A DNA stretch of 64,000 nt. Source: Deltaproteobacteria bacterium (GTDB taxonomy: Bacteria; Myxococcota_A; Polyangia; Polyangiales; Ga0077539). The DNA lies in contig JACRDB010000023.1 in NCBI GenBank assembly GCA_016218725.1, forward strand, positions 4,479 through 68,478, written 5' to 3'. The position numbers and the translations under genes are program-made. Under the pieces are notes generated by a model that did not search any database, had not been told where the DNA came from, and saw nothing but the letters and a program-made list of their open reading frames with translations. Of the stretch, positions 36,894 to 45,171 are shown in pieces (within the stretch, counting starts at the first letter, position 1; each line of letters begins with the position of its first letter).

Positions 36894-38096
36894 GTGAGCC
36901 TGATTGAACTCTGGAAAAAGTCGCCGGACCAGCTCACGGTCAAGCATCTTCATCAGATCATCGCCTTCGCAGGTGAAGGCAAGCTCCGGGACGGAAGTGC
37001 CACATCGTCGGAGTTTCGGTCATTTCTTCTACAGGTGCCGTCGTCGATGCTAGGGCGCTTCGTCGATGAGTGTCTGAATGCTAGTTTTCCAGATTCGGGG
37101 TTCGCGCTCCAAGATGTGATCAATGAGGTGGGGCGCCGTCTGGGATTCGTTGTGACGAATGGGCTCTACCAGGGACGCCAGGGACAGGTTGGTTCCGACG
37201 GCCTCTGGGTGCTACCAACGCAGCATGCTGTGGTGGTCGAGGCGAAAACGACCGATGCATATCGCATAGATACCGCCAGACTTGCGGGATACCGCAAGCA
37301 GTTGACGAGTGCAGGGACGATCAAGGAGGAGGCATCATCTGTACTTCTTGTTGTTGGACGTAAAGACACTGGTGATCTTGAGGCGCAGATTCGAGGCTCG
37401 CGTTACGCGTGGGAGATTCGCCTCATAAGTGCAGATGCACTTCTCCGGCTGATGAAACTCAAAGAGACCCTCGACGATCTAGCGACCATCGGCCGGATTT
37501 GCGAGATCCTGATTCCCCGCGAGTACACGCGACTGGACGACATCGTGGATCTAGTCTTCTCAACCGCCGAGGAGGTGCAGCAGGAGGACACCGAGGAGGA
37601 GGCAGAGAAGCCGGAAGACGAAGTTGGTCTAGTTGAACAGGTCCGGTCAGCCAGGCCAGCTAAGCCCATGGCGTTCCACGAGGCGTGCATCTCCCTCGTA
37701 TCTAGAGCGAAGGCCATCCCGCTCGTTCGTCAGTCTCGCTCCACATTCGCGGCTCCGGACGGCACCGTCCGGGCGGTATGCGCTGTCTCGAAGGTACATC
37801 AGTCTCAAGGACGCGAGTCCTACTGGTTTGCGTTTCATCCTCAGCAAGATGCCTATCTGGAAGGTGCAGCAAACGGTCTTCTTGTACTGGGCTGCGGAGG
37901 TCCCGAGATGGTTCTGGCGATCCCGCATCGAACAGTAAGGACGTGGCTAGGAGATCTCTGGACGACCGAACGCGACAACGGCCGGCGGTACTGGCATATT
38001 CGACTTCACGCGGCTGGCGGAAAACTGATGATGGACCGCAGCGACGGCAAATCGCGAGTGGACCTTAGCCCGTTCCTCGTCAAGCCCGCGGGCTAA
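36894..38096 (+). CDS. PD-(D/E)xK (restriction-endonuclease-like) protein with acidic linker and unassigned C-terminal domain
   Basis: GTG at 36894 with AAGGAG 7 nt upstream. Nuclease-core-like motif ...QVGSDGLWVLPTQHAVVVEAKTTDAY... (D...ExK). Acidic stretch EEVQQEDTEEEAEKPEDE. C-terminal ...GRESYWFAFHPQQ...RRYWHIRL.... Confidence 0.65.
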   Translation: MSLIELWKKSPDQLTVKHLHQIIAFAGEGKLRDGSATSSEFRSFLLQVPSSMLGRFVDECLNASFPDSGFALQDVINEVGRRLGFVVTNGLYQGRQGQVGSDGLWVLPTQHAVVVEAKTTDAYRIDTARLAGYRKQLTSAGTIKEEASSVLLVVGRKDTGDLEAQIRGSRYAWEIRLISADALLRLMKLKETLDDLATIGRICEILIPREYTRLDDIVDLVFSTAEEVQQEDTEEEAEKPEDEVGLVEQVRSARPAKPMAFHEACISLVSRAKAIPLVRQSRSTFAAPDGTVRAVCAVSKVHQSQGRESYWFAFHPQQDAYLEGAANGLLVLGCGGPEMVLAIPHRTVRTWLGDLWTTERDNGRRYWHIRLHAAGGKLMMDRSDGKSRVDLSPFLVKPAG

Positions 38097-38106
38097 CAAG
38101 CCCCTG

Positions 38107-38134
38107 CTGCCGACGCCGCTTCGCGGCGCGGCAG
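38107..38134 (+). terminator. GC-rich hairpin (12-bp stem with 1 bulge, TTC loop) after the PD-(D/E)xK gene; no T-tract
   Basis: ctgccgacgccgc-ttc-gcggcgcggcag, 11 nt after the stop codon. Confidence 0.4.
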
Positions 38135-38199
38135 AGCGGCCATCCGTTGGGCAGCCTCGAACTGCGACGATTAGGTCGTTTGGCCGAGGCCGAACAGGA

Positions 38200-39210
38200 A
38201 TGATCCAGGAAATGAGCGACTCGACTGCCAAGACTCGTGCGATCGTTACAACACGCCTCAACTCGCCTCAGCGTCAGAGGACGATCGCCGCAGTAGATGC
38301 AGACGTCCGTGTCGATCCGGGACTGATGGCTGAACTCAAGAATGAAGGGACACTCGATGACCTGATCCTTCTCGCCGAAAATGACTCCGATAACAGTGTT
38401 CGCCGCGAAGCGCTGCGCCTTCTGAGTTCCGTGGAGATCGGTGCGGACAGGTGTGATCGCCTCATCACGCTCTTGCGCCGAGAAGCGCACAATCGAGTCA
38501 GCAATGTTCTGGGCGAGGCCGTTGCAGCGGTATGGGGACAGGATCGAACTGGTGTTTTCAGGCGCCGTGATCGAAACCTCTTGCTGGGGGAGCTGCTGTC
38601 TCTCGACGTTCCCGAACATGCCCGCGTGACTGCTATTCGTGAGCTGGCGAGGTATGGCGAAATCGACGCTCTGGAACGCGTCGTGATGCTGCCAGTCAGC
38701 AGTGCGGAGGTACGTGATGCCGTGCTGGCTCTCACGACAGCGATCATCGGCCGAAAGCGCCGCGTGGATAGACTTCGTTCGTCGTCGTTCGAGCACCTCG
38801 TTCTCTACATACTCTTGAAGGAGCACCCGACGCTCTGCGGAGACGTGCGCGGACGAAGGAGGGATCGTGGAATCGACATCGTTCTCTATGAACCGCCTCA
38901 CGTTCAGTTGGGGCAATACCCTTCGCGGGGTATTCGGTTCGTGGCGCAATGCAAGAGGTGGAAGCACACGCGCGTACCTGCCTCCGAGGTATCGGAGTTC
39001 ATGGCGATCGCGAAAAGCCGCGGGGCTGGGGCGGTTTTCGTTACGACCTCCGACTTTACGGACGAGACATACGACATGGAACGTGGACGCGATTCTGAGG
39101 GCGCTCTGTTGTCACCCAGGTTGTCCGTGCCGGAACTGACGCTGATTGCTAGGAGCCGACTTCGGGACTTGCTCGACCGGCACGGGCTCGCTGAGACATA
39201 TGAACTCTAG
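38200..39210 (+). CDS. HEAT-repeat / Mrr-type restriction endonuclease fusion protein
   Basis: N-terminal HEAT-like repeats (ENDSDNSVRREALRLL; EHARVTAIRELARYGEIDAL). C-terminal Mrr_cat pattern: FEHLVLYILLKEH...RRDRGIDIVLY...IRFVAQCKRWK...GAGAVFVTTSDFT. Confidence 0.75.
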   Translation: MIQEMSDSTAKTRAIVTTRLNSPQRQRTIAAVDADVRVDPGLMAELKNEGTLDDLILLAENDSDNSVRREALRLLSSVEIGADRCDRLITLLRREAHNRVSNVLGEAVAAVWGQDRTGVFRRRDRNLLLGELLSLDVPEHARVTAIRELARYGEIDALERVVMLPVSSAEVRDAVLALTTAIIGRKRRVDRLRSSSFEHLVLYILLKEHPTLCGDVRGRRRDRGIDIVLYEPPHVQLGQYPSRGIRFVAQCKRWKHTRVPASEVSEFMAIAKSRGAGAVFVTTSDFTDETYDMERGRDSEGALLSPRLSVPELTLIARSRLRDLLDRHGLAETYEL

Positions 39211-39240
39211 GACGATGCCCGGGTTCGCGGCAGAGCTCAG

Positions 39241-39273
39241 CATGCCCAACAAGCCGATGGTGCTGACCGCTCC
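39241..39273. repeat. 33-bp direct repeat, copy 1 (upstream flank of the Rpn-family gene)
   Basis: catgcccaacaagccgatggtgctgaccgctcc versus cgtgcccgacaagccgatggtgccgaccgcccc at 40212-40244 (4 mismatches). Confidence 0.8.
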
Positions 39274-39304
39274 TGATGGTTCCCACGAGGTGTAGAAAGT
39301 TCTC

Positions 39305-40210
39305 ATGCACGCCGTTTTCGCCGACCCCAAGACCGACTTCGTGTTCAAGCGCATCTTCGGTGCCGAGACCCGCAAATCTCTCCTGATCGCGCTGCTCAAC
39401 CACCTACTGGAGTTCGAGGGCGACCAGCGGATTCTCGATGTGCAGCACCTTACGGGAGAGCAGCACGTCGATGTGGCCGAACTCAAGCTCTCGATCGTCG
39501 ATGTGAAGTGCACCGATGCGACTGGCCGCCGCTTCGTGGTCGAGATGCAGGTGCTCAAAGTCGAGGGTTTCGAGAAGCGGGTCGTCTACAACGCCAGCAA
39601 GGCGTATGTGATGCAACTCCGCAACGCCGAGGAGTACCCGACGCTGTGTGACGTGTTCGGCGTCACGATCTGCAACTTCAACCTGTGGGCGGACAAGGAC
39701 ACTCAAGGGCACTTTAGGGTGCCCATGCTGAGTCGTTGGCGCATGCAGGAACAGCACAGCGGCGCCCAGGGGCTGCCACAAGTGCAGTATGCCTTCCTCG
39801 AACTGCCCAAGTACGAAGCGGGTGATGCACCGAAAACACTCGTCGAGAAGTGGGCGTATTTCTTTCGCGAGGCCAAGAACCTGAACGTAGTCCCTTCGTC
39901 CTTGTCGGATGCGCCCTTCCGCGAGGCGCTGGAGGTCTCACGGACAGCAGGCTTCTCCGCCGACGAGTGGGAGGCATACGAACGCGCCAAGATGGCCGAG
40001 CAGGACGCACGAGGCGCGCTCGCGATCGAGCGGCAGGAGGGTAAGCTGGAAGGCAAGCGTGAAGCATTGCTGCTTCTTCTCGCGCATCGAGGCATCAATC
40101 TCATGGAGGAGGACCGCGCGAGGATCTCAGCGTGTACGGATAGTGCCATTTTTAACCGCTGGTTCCAGCGGGCACTAACGGCTACGTCGGCCGCGGAGGT
40201 GTTCGCGTGA
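39305..40210 (+). mobile_element. Rpn-family recombination-promoting nuclease / putative transposase (PD-(D/E)XK)
   Basis: MHAVFADPKTDFVFKRIFG...LSIVDVKCTDATGRRFVVEMQVLK... is the nuclease core. The C-terminal EGKLEGKREALLLLLAHRGINL tail is DUF4351-like. Confidence 0.85.
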
Positions 40211-40211
40211 G

Positions 40212-40244
40212 CGTGCCCGACAAGCCGATGGTGCCGACCGCCCC
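40212..40244. repeat. 33-bp direct repeat, copy 2 (downstream flank of the Rpn-family gene)
   Basis: See copy 1. It begins 2 nt after the Rpn gene stop. Confidence 0.8.
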
Positions 40245-40362
40245 CACCTGCCCCAACGAACACTCACCTGCCCCGCTGCGGCGGCACATCGGCCAGTCGT
40301 CGTCAACCCGCGCGGCGAAGGGCAGCGAGCCCGGTCGGCGGACGGCTGACCCGCCGTCGCCC

Positions 40363-41931
40363 TCACCCACAGACACCCGCCGTGCAGCGCCCGGTGCAGC
40401 AGTCGATCCCCGCCGAGCAGCTCCGCCCGGCCGCCTGGCACTGGCACCGCCCGGTGATGCACAGCGTGGTGCCGCAGCACTCCCGGCTGCTGGCGCAGGG
40501 GCTCCCCGGCGCCGTGCAGCACCGCTTGGCCCCGGAAAGAGTGCTGCACACCAGCCCCCCGCAGCACTGGCTGTCGTTCAGGCACGTGGTGGTGGCCGTG
40601 GGGCCCATGCAGGTGGTGGTCGGCGTCGCGCACACCCCCGATCGACACACCAGCCCCGGGCAGCAGTCCGCGTCGACGCAGGTCTCAGCGGCGCGGCGGC
40701 AGACGCAGTAGCGGTTGGTGGTGTGGCAGGTCATCTGGCCGCAGCAGCCTGCGCCCATGCAGGGGCTGCCGGGGCCGATGCAGCACTGCCGGACCGTGGG
40801 CGCCGGCGCGCACTGCAGCCCCGCGCAGCAGTCGCTCGCGGCGGCGCAGGTGCGGTCCCCGGCCATGCGACAGGTGACCATCGGCGCGCAGACGCCCGCG
40901 CGGCACACGTTGCCCATACAACAATCGGTGTCGTCCGCGCAGCTCCTCCCGGCGGGCTGGCAGACGCACACGCCGCCCGTGCAGGTGAGCCTCCCGCAGC
41001 ACTCCAGCGAGGACGCGCAGGCGGTCCCCTGACGGTGGCAGCACCGCAGGAGCGTGGGGGTGGGGCGGCAGTCGAAGTCCCCGCAGCAGTCCCGGGCGGT
41101 GGTGCATACGGCCCCCGGGGCGCGGCAGGCGGTGCAGGTGCCCGAGGCGCACCCCAGGGCCCCGGTGCAGGTGTTGCCGTCGCAGCACGGCTGGGCCATG
41201 GCTCCGCAGGTGCGGGGCGGGGCCTGGCAGCGCCCGGCGGTGCACACCAGCGAGCCCGTGCAGGTGCTCCCCATGCAGCAGGGCTGCCCCGAGGCCCCAC
41301 AGGAGACGGGCGTCTGACACCGGGACTGCACGCACTCCAGGCCCCGCTGGCAGGCGCTCCCGGTGCAGCACGGCTGGGCCATGGCCCCGCAGGCCCGAGG
41401 GCGCGTGCACGCGTCGTTCTTGCACTCCAGGCCGGCGCCGCAGGTGTTCCCCGGGCAGCATGCCTGGTTCTCCGCGCCGCAGGGGGCGCAGGTGCCCCCG
41501 TCGCAGCGGTAGCCCGCCAGGCACGTGTTGCCCGCGCAGCAGCGCTGGTCGCGGCCCCCACAGTCGTTGGCGCGCTCGCAGACGCCGTCCTCGCAGACGC
41601 TCCCGCGGCAGCAGTCCCCGGCGGAGGCGCACACCCCGCCCACCTCGACGCAGCAGCGCCCGCCGTTGCAGCCGAAGTTGGAGCAGCAGTCCAGGGGGTC
41701 CGCGCACTCGGCCCCGCCCGCGCCGCAACAGACGCCCTGCTCGCACTCCAGGCCCCGGTTGCACGCCAGGCCCCCGCAGCACGGGGCGTGGTTGGCCCCG
41801 CAGCGGGGGGCCGCCTCGCTCCCGGGGGTGGTCCCGTCGGTCCGGGGCGCCACGTCGGGGATGTCCGGCACCTGCCCGAGCGAGCACGCCCCGCAGAGCA
41901 CGGCCAGGAGGAGCACACACCGCAGAAGCAT
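40363..41931 (-). CDS. Second Cys-rich lipoprotein (522 aa) built from two kinds of tandem Cys modules
   Basis: True start at 41931 (MLLRCVLLLAVLCGAC, lipobox). The upstream 354 codons of ORF 40363..42993 overlap the aldehyde dehydrogenase gene in another frame. About 20 modules, e.g. CGAMAQPCCTGSACQRGLECVQSRC and CQPAGRSCADDTDCCMGNVCRAGVC. Confidence 0.75.
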   Translation of the reverse strand: MLLRCVLLLAVLCGACSLGQVPDIPDVAPRTDGTTPGSEAAPRCGANHAPCCGGLACNRGLECEQGVCCGAGGAECADPLDCCSNFGCNGGRCCVEVGGVCASAGDCCRGSVCEDGVCERANDCGGRDQRCCAGNTCLAGYRCDGGTCAPCGAENQACCPGNTCGAGLECKNDACTRPRACGAMAQPCCTGSACQRGLECVQSRCQTPVSCGASGQPCCMGSTCTGSLVCTAGRCQAPPRTCGAMAQPCCDGNTCTGALGCASGTCTACRAPGAVCTTARDCCGDFDCRPTPTLLRCCHRQGTACASSLECCGRLTCTGGVCVCQPAGRSCADDTDCCMGNVCRAGVCAPMVTCRMAGDRTCAAASDCCAGLQCAPAPTVRQCCIGPGSPCMGAGCCGQMTCHTTNRYCVCRRAAETCVDADCCPGLVCRSGVCATPTTTCMGPTATTTCLNDSQCCGGLVCSTLSGAKRCCTAPGSPCASSRECCGTTLCITGRCQCQAAGRSCSAGIDCCTGRCTAGVCG

Positions 41932-41972
41932 CCCCGGAGTGTGCCAGACGCCACGCGCTTTGTGCAGCCCGA

Positions 41973-43457
41973 TCAAGCCGTCGGGACCCAGACGCACCGC
42001 GCCTGGGTGTAGAGCTCCAGCGCGTGCATCCCCTGCTCCCGCCCCCAGCCCGACTGGCGGAAGCCCCCAAAGGGCGCCGCGGCGTCGAAGCCGTTCCACA
42101 TGTTCACCCACACGGTGCCCGCCTGGAGCCTCCGGGCCACCCGGTGGGCGCGGGCCACGTCCCGGGTGAACACCCCCGCCGCCAGGCCGTAGGTGGTGCC
42201 GTTCGCGATACGAACAGCCTCGTCCTCGTCGGTGAAGGTCAGCACCGCCAGCACCGGCCCGAAGACCTCCTCCTGGGCCAGCGCCATCGCGGGCTTCACG
42301 TCCTCGAAGATCGTGGGCTGGAGGAAGAAGCCCCGGGCCTTGTCCCCTTCGGTGTCGCGCTGGCCGCCCGTCACGAGCCTCGCGCCCTCCGCCGTGGCCC
42401 GCGCGATGTGCCCGAGGACCGCGTTCAGCTGCCGCTCGGAAACCAAAGCCCCGAGCTGCGTGCGGACGTTGAGAGGGTCCCCCACGGTCATCCTCCGCGC
42501 CTTCTCCGCGAGCTTCGCCACCAGGGCGTCCTTGACGCTCGCGTGGCACAGGAGCCGTGAGCTCGCCGAGCACACCTCGCCCTTGTTCGAGAATATCCCC
42601 CCCTGCGCCCACCGCGCCGCCTGGTCCAGGTCCGCGTCGGGGAACACCAGCATCGGGCTCTTGCCGCCGAGCTCCAGCGAGAGCTTCTTCAGGTTCGTCT
42701 CGGCGCTGGCCACCAGCAGCCTCCGGGCCGTCCTGGGGCTCCCCGTGAACGCCACCTTGTCCACGTCCGGGTGCCGGGCCAGGGCCTCCCCCGCCACGTC
42801 CCCGTAGCCCGGGACCACGTTCACCACCCCGTCGGGGATCCCCGCGGCCTTGCACAATTCCCCAAGACACAGCGCCGTCAGGGGCGTGAACTCCGAGGGC
42901 TTCAGCACCACCGTGTTCCCCGCCGCCAGCGCCGGAGCCACCTTCCAGCAGGCCATCAGCAACGGGTAGTTCCAGGGTACGATCTGCCCACACACCCCCA
43001 CCGGCGCCCTCTGGGTGTAGCAGAGCACCTCACCCTCCACGGGGATGGTCTCGCCGTGGAGCTTGGTGGCCCAGCCGGAGAAATACCGGAAGACCTCGCT
43101 ACAACCAGGCAGGTCGCCCTTCTGGGCCTCGCGGAGGGTCTTGCCGTTGTTCAGGCACTCCACCGTGGCCAGCTCGTCCCTGCGCTGGTCCAGGAGCTCG
43201 GCCACGCGCCACAGGAGCCTCTGGCGCTGGGCGGGAGAGGTCTTCCCCCAGGCGCCCTCAAAGGCCCCCCGGGCGGCCTTGACGGCCCGGTCGATGTCCT
43301 CCCCGCGGGCCTCGTGCACGGTGGCCAGGGCGGCGCCGGTGGCCGGGTTGGTGACCGTCAGGAGCCCGCCGGCCTCCGAGGGCGCCCAGGCCCCGTTGAT
43401 CCACAAGGGCACCGGCTCGCGGTACCGGGCCAGGAGCTCTTCCACCAGCGTTCCCAT
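41973..43457 (-). CDS. NAD(P)-dependent aldehyde dehydrogenase
   Basis: ...GVCGQIVPWNYPLLMACWKVAPALAAGNTVVLKPSE..., ELGGKSP and GEVCSASSR (catalytic Cys). Confidence 0.92.
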   Translation of the reverse strand: MGTLVEELLARYREPVPLWINGAWAPSEAGGLLTVTNPATGAALATVHEARGEDIDRAVKAARGAFEGAWGKTSPAQRQRLLWRVAELLDQRRDELATVECLNNGKTLREAQKGDLPGCSEVFRYFSGWATKLHGETIPVEGEVLCYTQRAPVGVCGQIVPWNYPLLMACWKVAPALAAGNTVVLKPSEFTPLTALCLGELCKAAGIPDGVVNVVPGYGDVAGEALARHPDVDKVAFTGSPRTARRLLVASAETNLKKLSLELGGKSPMLVFPDADLDQAARWAQGGIFSNKGEVCSASSRLLCHASVKDALVAKLAEKARRMTVGDPLNVRTQLGALVSERQLNAVLGHIARATAEGARLVTGGQRDTEGDKARGFFLQPTIFEDVKPAMALAQEEVFGPVLAVLTFTDEDEAVRIANGTTYGLAAGVFTRDVARAHRVARRLQAGTVWVNMWNGFDAAAPFGGFRQSGWGREQGMHALELYTQARCVWVPTA

Positions 43458-43595
43458 GGGTTCTGTTCCTTTCGGGCAGGAAATCTACACCGCCTGGAAC
43501 CTTTCCCCGAGGGGCGTTGTCCCACCGCTCCGAGACGCCAGCCACAGGGGCCTGCGACCCGAAAGCCTCCGCGCGTCTGAAGGGAAGATACCCCC

Positions 43596-45026
43596 ATGTC
43601 GCACCCGACCTCCGGCGCCCCCCGCGGCGCCCTCACCGCCGCCATGTCTGCGAAGCGCCAGCCTACGGGGCCTCGGGTCCTGAGGGTGGGTGTAGTCCAG
43701 GGTGGGCGCATCACCGACGACCGGATTCTTCGTGAGCGCACGGAGGTGACCGTGGGGTCGTCGGAGCGGGCGACCTTTGTGGTCACGGACCGGGCGCTGC
43801 CCGGGGTGAGCCCGCTGTTTGTCCTTCGGGAAGGGGCGTACGCCCTGGTGGTGACGCCGGAGCTGGAGGGCCGGGTGGTGCTGCCGCTGGGGGTCAAGAC
43901 CCTGGCCGAGTGCCGGGCCGAGGGGCTCCTGCGCCAGGACGACGGTCGGTGGCTCCTGCACCTCTCCGACGGGGCGCGGGGCAAGGTCACCGTCGGGGGC
44001 GTGGGCTTCCTGTTCCAGTTCGTGGCCGCGCCGCCGGTGATGCCCAGGCCGCAGCTCCCGAGCGCCCTCAAGCGCTCCGTGGGGAGCGCCCTGGACTGGC
44101 GCTACAATGCGTGTCTGTCAGGCTTCTTCGCGCTGGCGGTGGGCTCCCTCGGGTGGGTGGAGTACGGCTACGACCCGCTGGTGGGCGAGATTGACCCCTA
44201 CGCCGTGAGGCTCGTGGCCGACGCCTCCATCGCGCCGCCGGACAACCCCGAGCCCGTGGTGACGCCCCGCGAGGCCCTGCGCACGCCGGACCCGACGGCG
44301 CCCCCGAGCACCCACGACCCGCGGCCGACCCCCACGCCCCGCGAGCCCAGCGGCCCCCCGAGGCCCCCGTCCGCGCGAGACGTGCAGGACGCCCGGGACG
44401 CCGCGGACCGCATCGCGGCGACGGCGATCCGGGAGATGAACGCGCAGTTCGACCCGCTCACGTCCGCGGCGGGCGTCGGCGGCGCGAGGGACCAGCTCGC
44501 CCGCAACGCCCTGATGGACGGCACCGCGGAGGACCTCAGGAACACCACGGGCATCACCCGGGACCCCTCGGCGGTGGCCTTCCGGTCGCCGACCACCACG
44601 CCGGTGAACGGCCAGAACCTGTTCCGGACGAACACCACGACCCCGACGCAGGACTTCCGCCCGACGGACCCGACGCGGGAGAACGGCGCCACGCGCCCGC
44701 CCACCATCGGGGTGCCCCGGGAGCCCACGGTGACCACCTGTGACGGGTCCTACACGGCCTCCGTGGCCCGCACCATCCGAGGGCAGCTCGGGGGCTTCCG
44801 GGCCTGCTACGAGCGGGCCTCGCGGAACAACCCCACGCTGGCCGGGCGCGTCACCCTGCACTTCTCGGTCAACGCCTCCGGGCGCGCCACGGGCGTGAGC
44901 GCCCACGGGCTCTCCTCCGAGGTGGACGAGTGCGTCAGCGGCGCCGTGCGCCGGATCGTGTTCCCGGTGTCCACCTGCGAGGACGCCGAGTTCGAGTTCC
45001 CGGTGTCCTTTGACCACGGGCAGTGA
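43596..45026 (+). CDS. AgmX/PglI C-terminal-domain protein (TonB-C-like), Pro-rich middle
   Basis: C-terminal ...IRGQLGGFRACYERASRNNPTLAGRVTLHFSVNASGRATGV...CVSGAVRRIVFP... is typical of this myxobacterial domain (from memory). One TM helix (ACLSGFFALAVGSLGWV). Confidence 0.7.
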   Translation: MSHPTSGAPRGALTAAMSAKRQPTGPRVLRVGVVQGGRITDDRILRERTEVTVGSSERATFVVTDRALPGVSPLFVLREGAYALVVTPELEGRVVLPLGVKTLAECRAEGLLRQDDGRWLLHLSDGARGKVTVGGVGFLFQFVAAPPVMPRPQLPSALKRSVGSALDWRYNACLSGFFALAVGSLGWVEYGYDPLVGEIDPYAVRLVADASIAPPDNPEPVVTPREALRTPDPTAPPSTHDPRPTPTPREPSGPPRPPSARDVQDARDAADRIAATAIREMNAQFDPLTSAAGVGGARDQLARNALMDGTAEDLRNTTGITRDPSAVAFRSPTTTPVNGQNLFRTNTTTPTQDFRPTDPTRENGATRPPTIGVPREPTVTTCDGSYTASVARTIRGQLGGFRACYERASRNNPTLAGRVTLHFSVNASGRATGVSAHGLSSEVDECVSGAVRRIVFPVSTCEDAEFEFPVSFDHGQ

Positions 45027-45047
45027 GCGCCCTGGTGGTGGGGCGTT

Positions 45048-45121
45048 TGGCTCTGGGCCAGGGATTCGAACCCCGATAGCGGGAACCAAAATCCCGCGTC
45101 CTGCCTTTAGACGAGCCCAGA
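45048..45121 (-). tRNA. tRNA-Gln (anticodon UUG), CCA encoded
   Basis: Hand fold of the minus strand: acceptor TCTGGGC/GCCCAGA, anticodon stem CGGGA/TCCCG with loop TTTTGGT (anticodon TTG), T-arm CGGGG-TTCGAAT-CCCTG, 3' GCCA. 74 nt. Confidence 0.85.
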
Positions 45122-45171
45122 ATTCCCGGTGATCCTAGCACACTTCCCGGGCGTTGGTGTAGAACGCCCGC

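Noticed and set aside
41932-42993. N-terminal 354 codons of ORF 40363..42993
   Set aside because: They overlap the aldehyde dehydrogenase gene in another frame. The internal Met at 41931 gives a canonical lipoprotein signal, so the extension is spurious.
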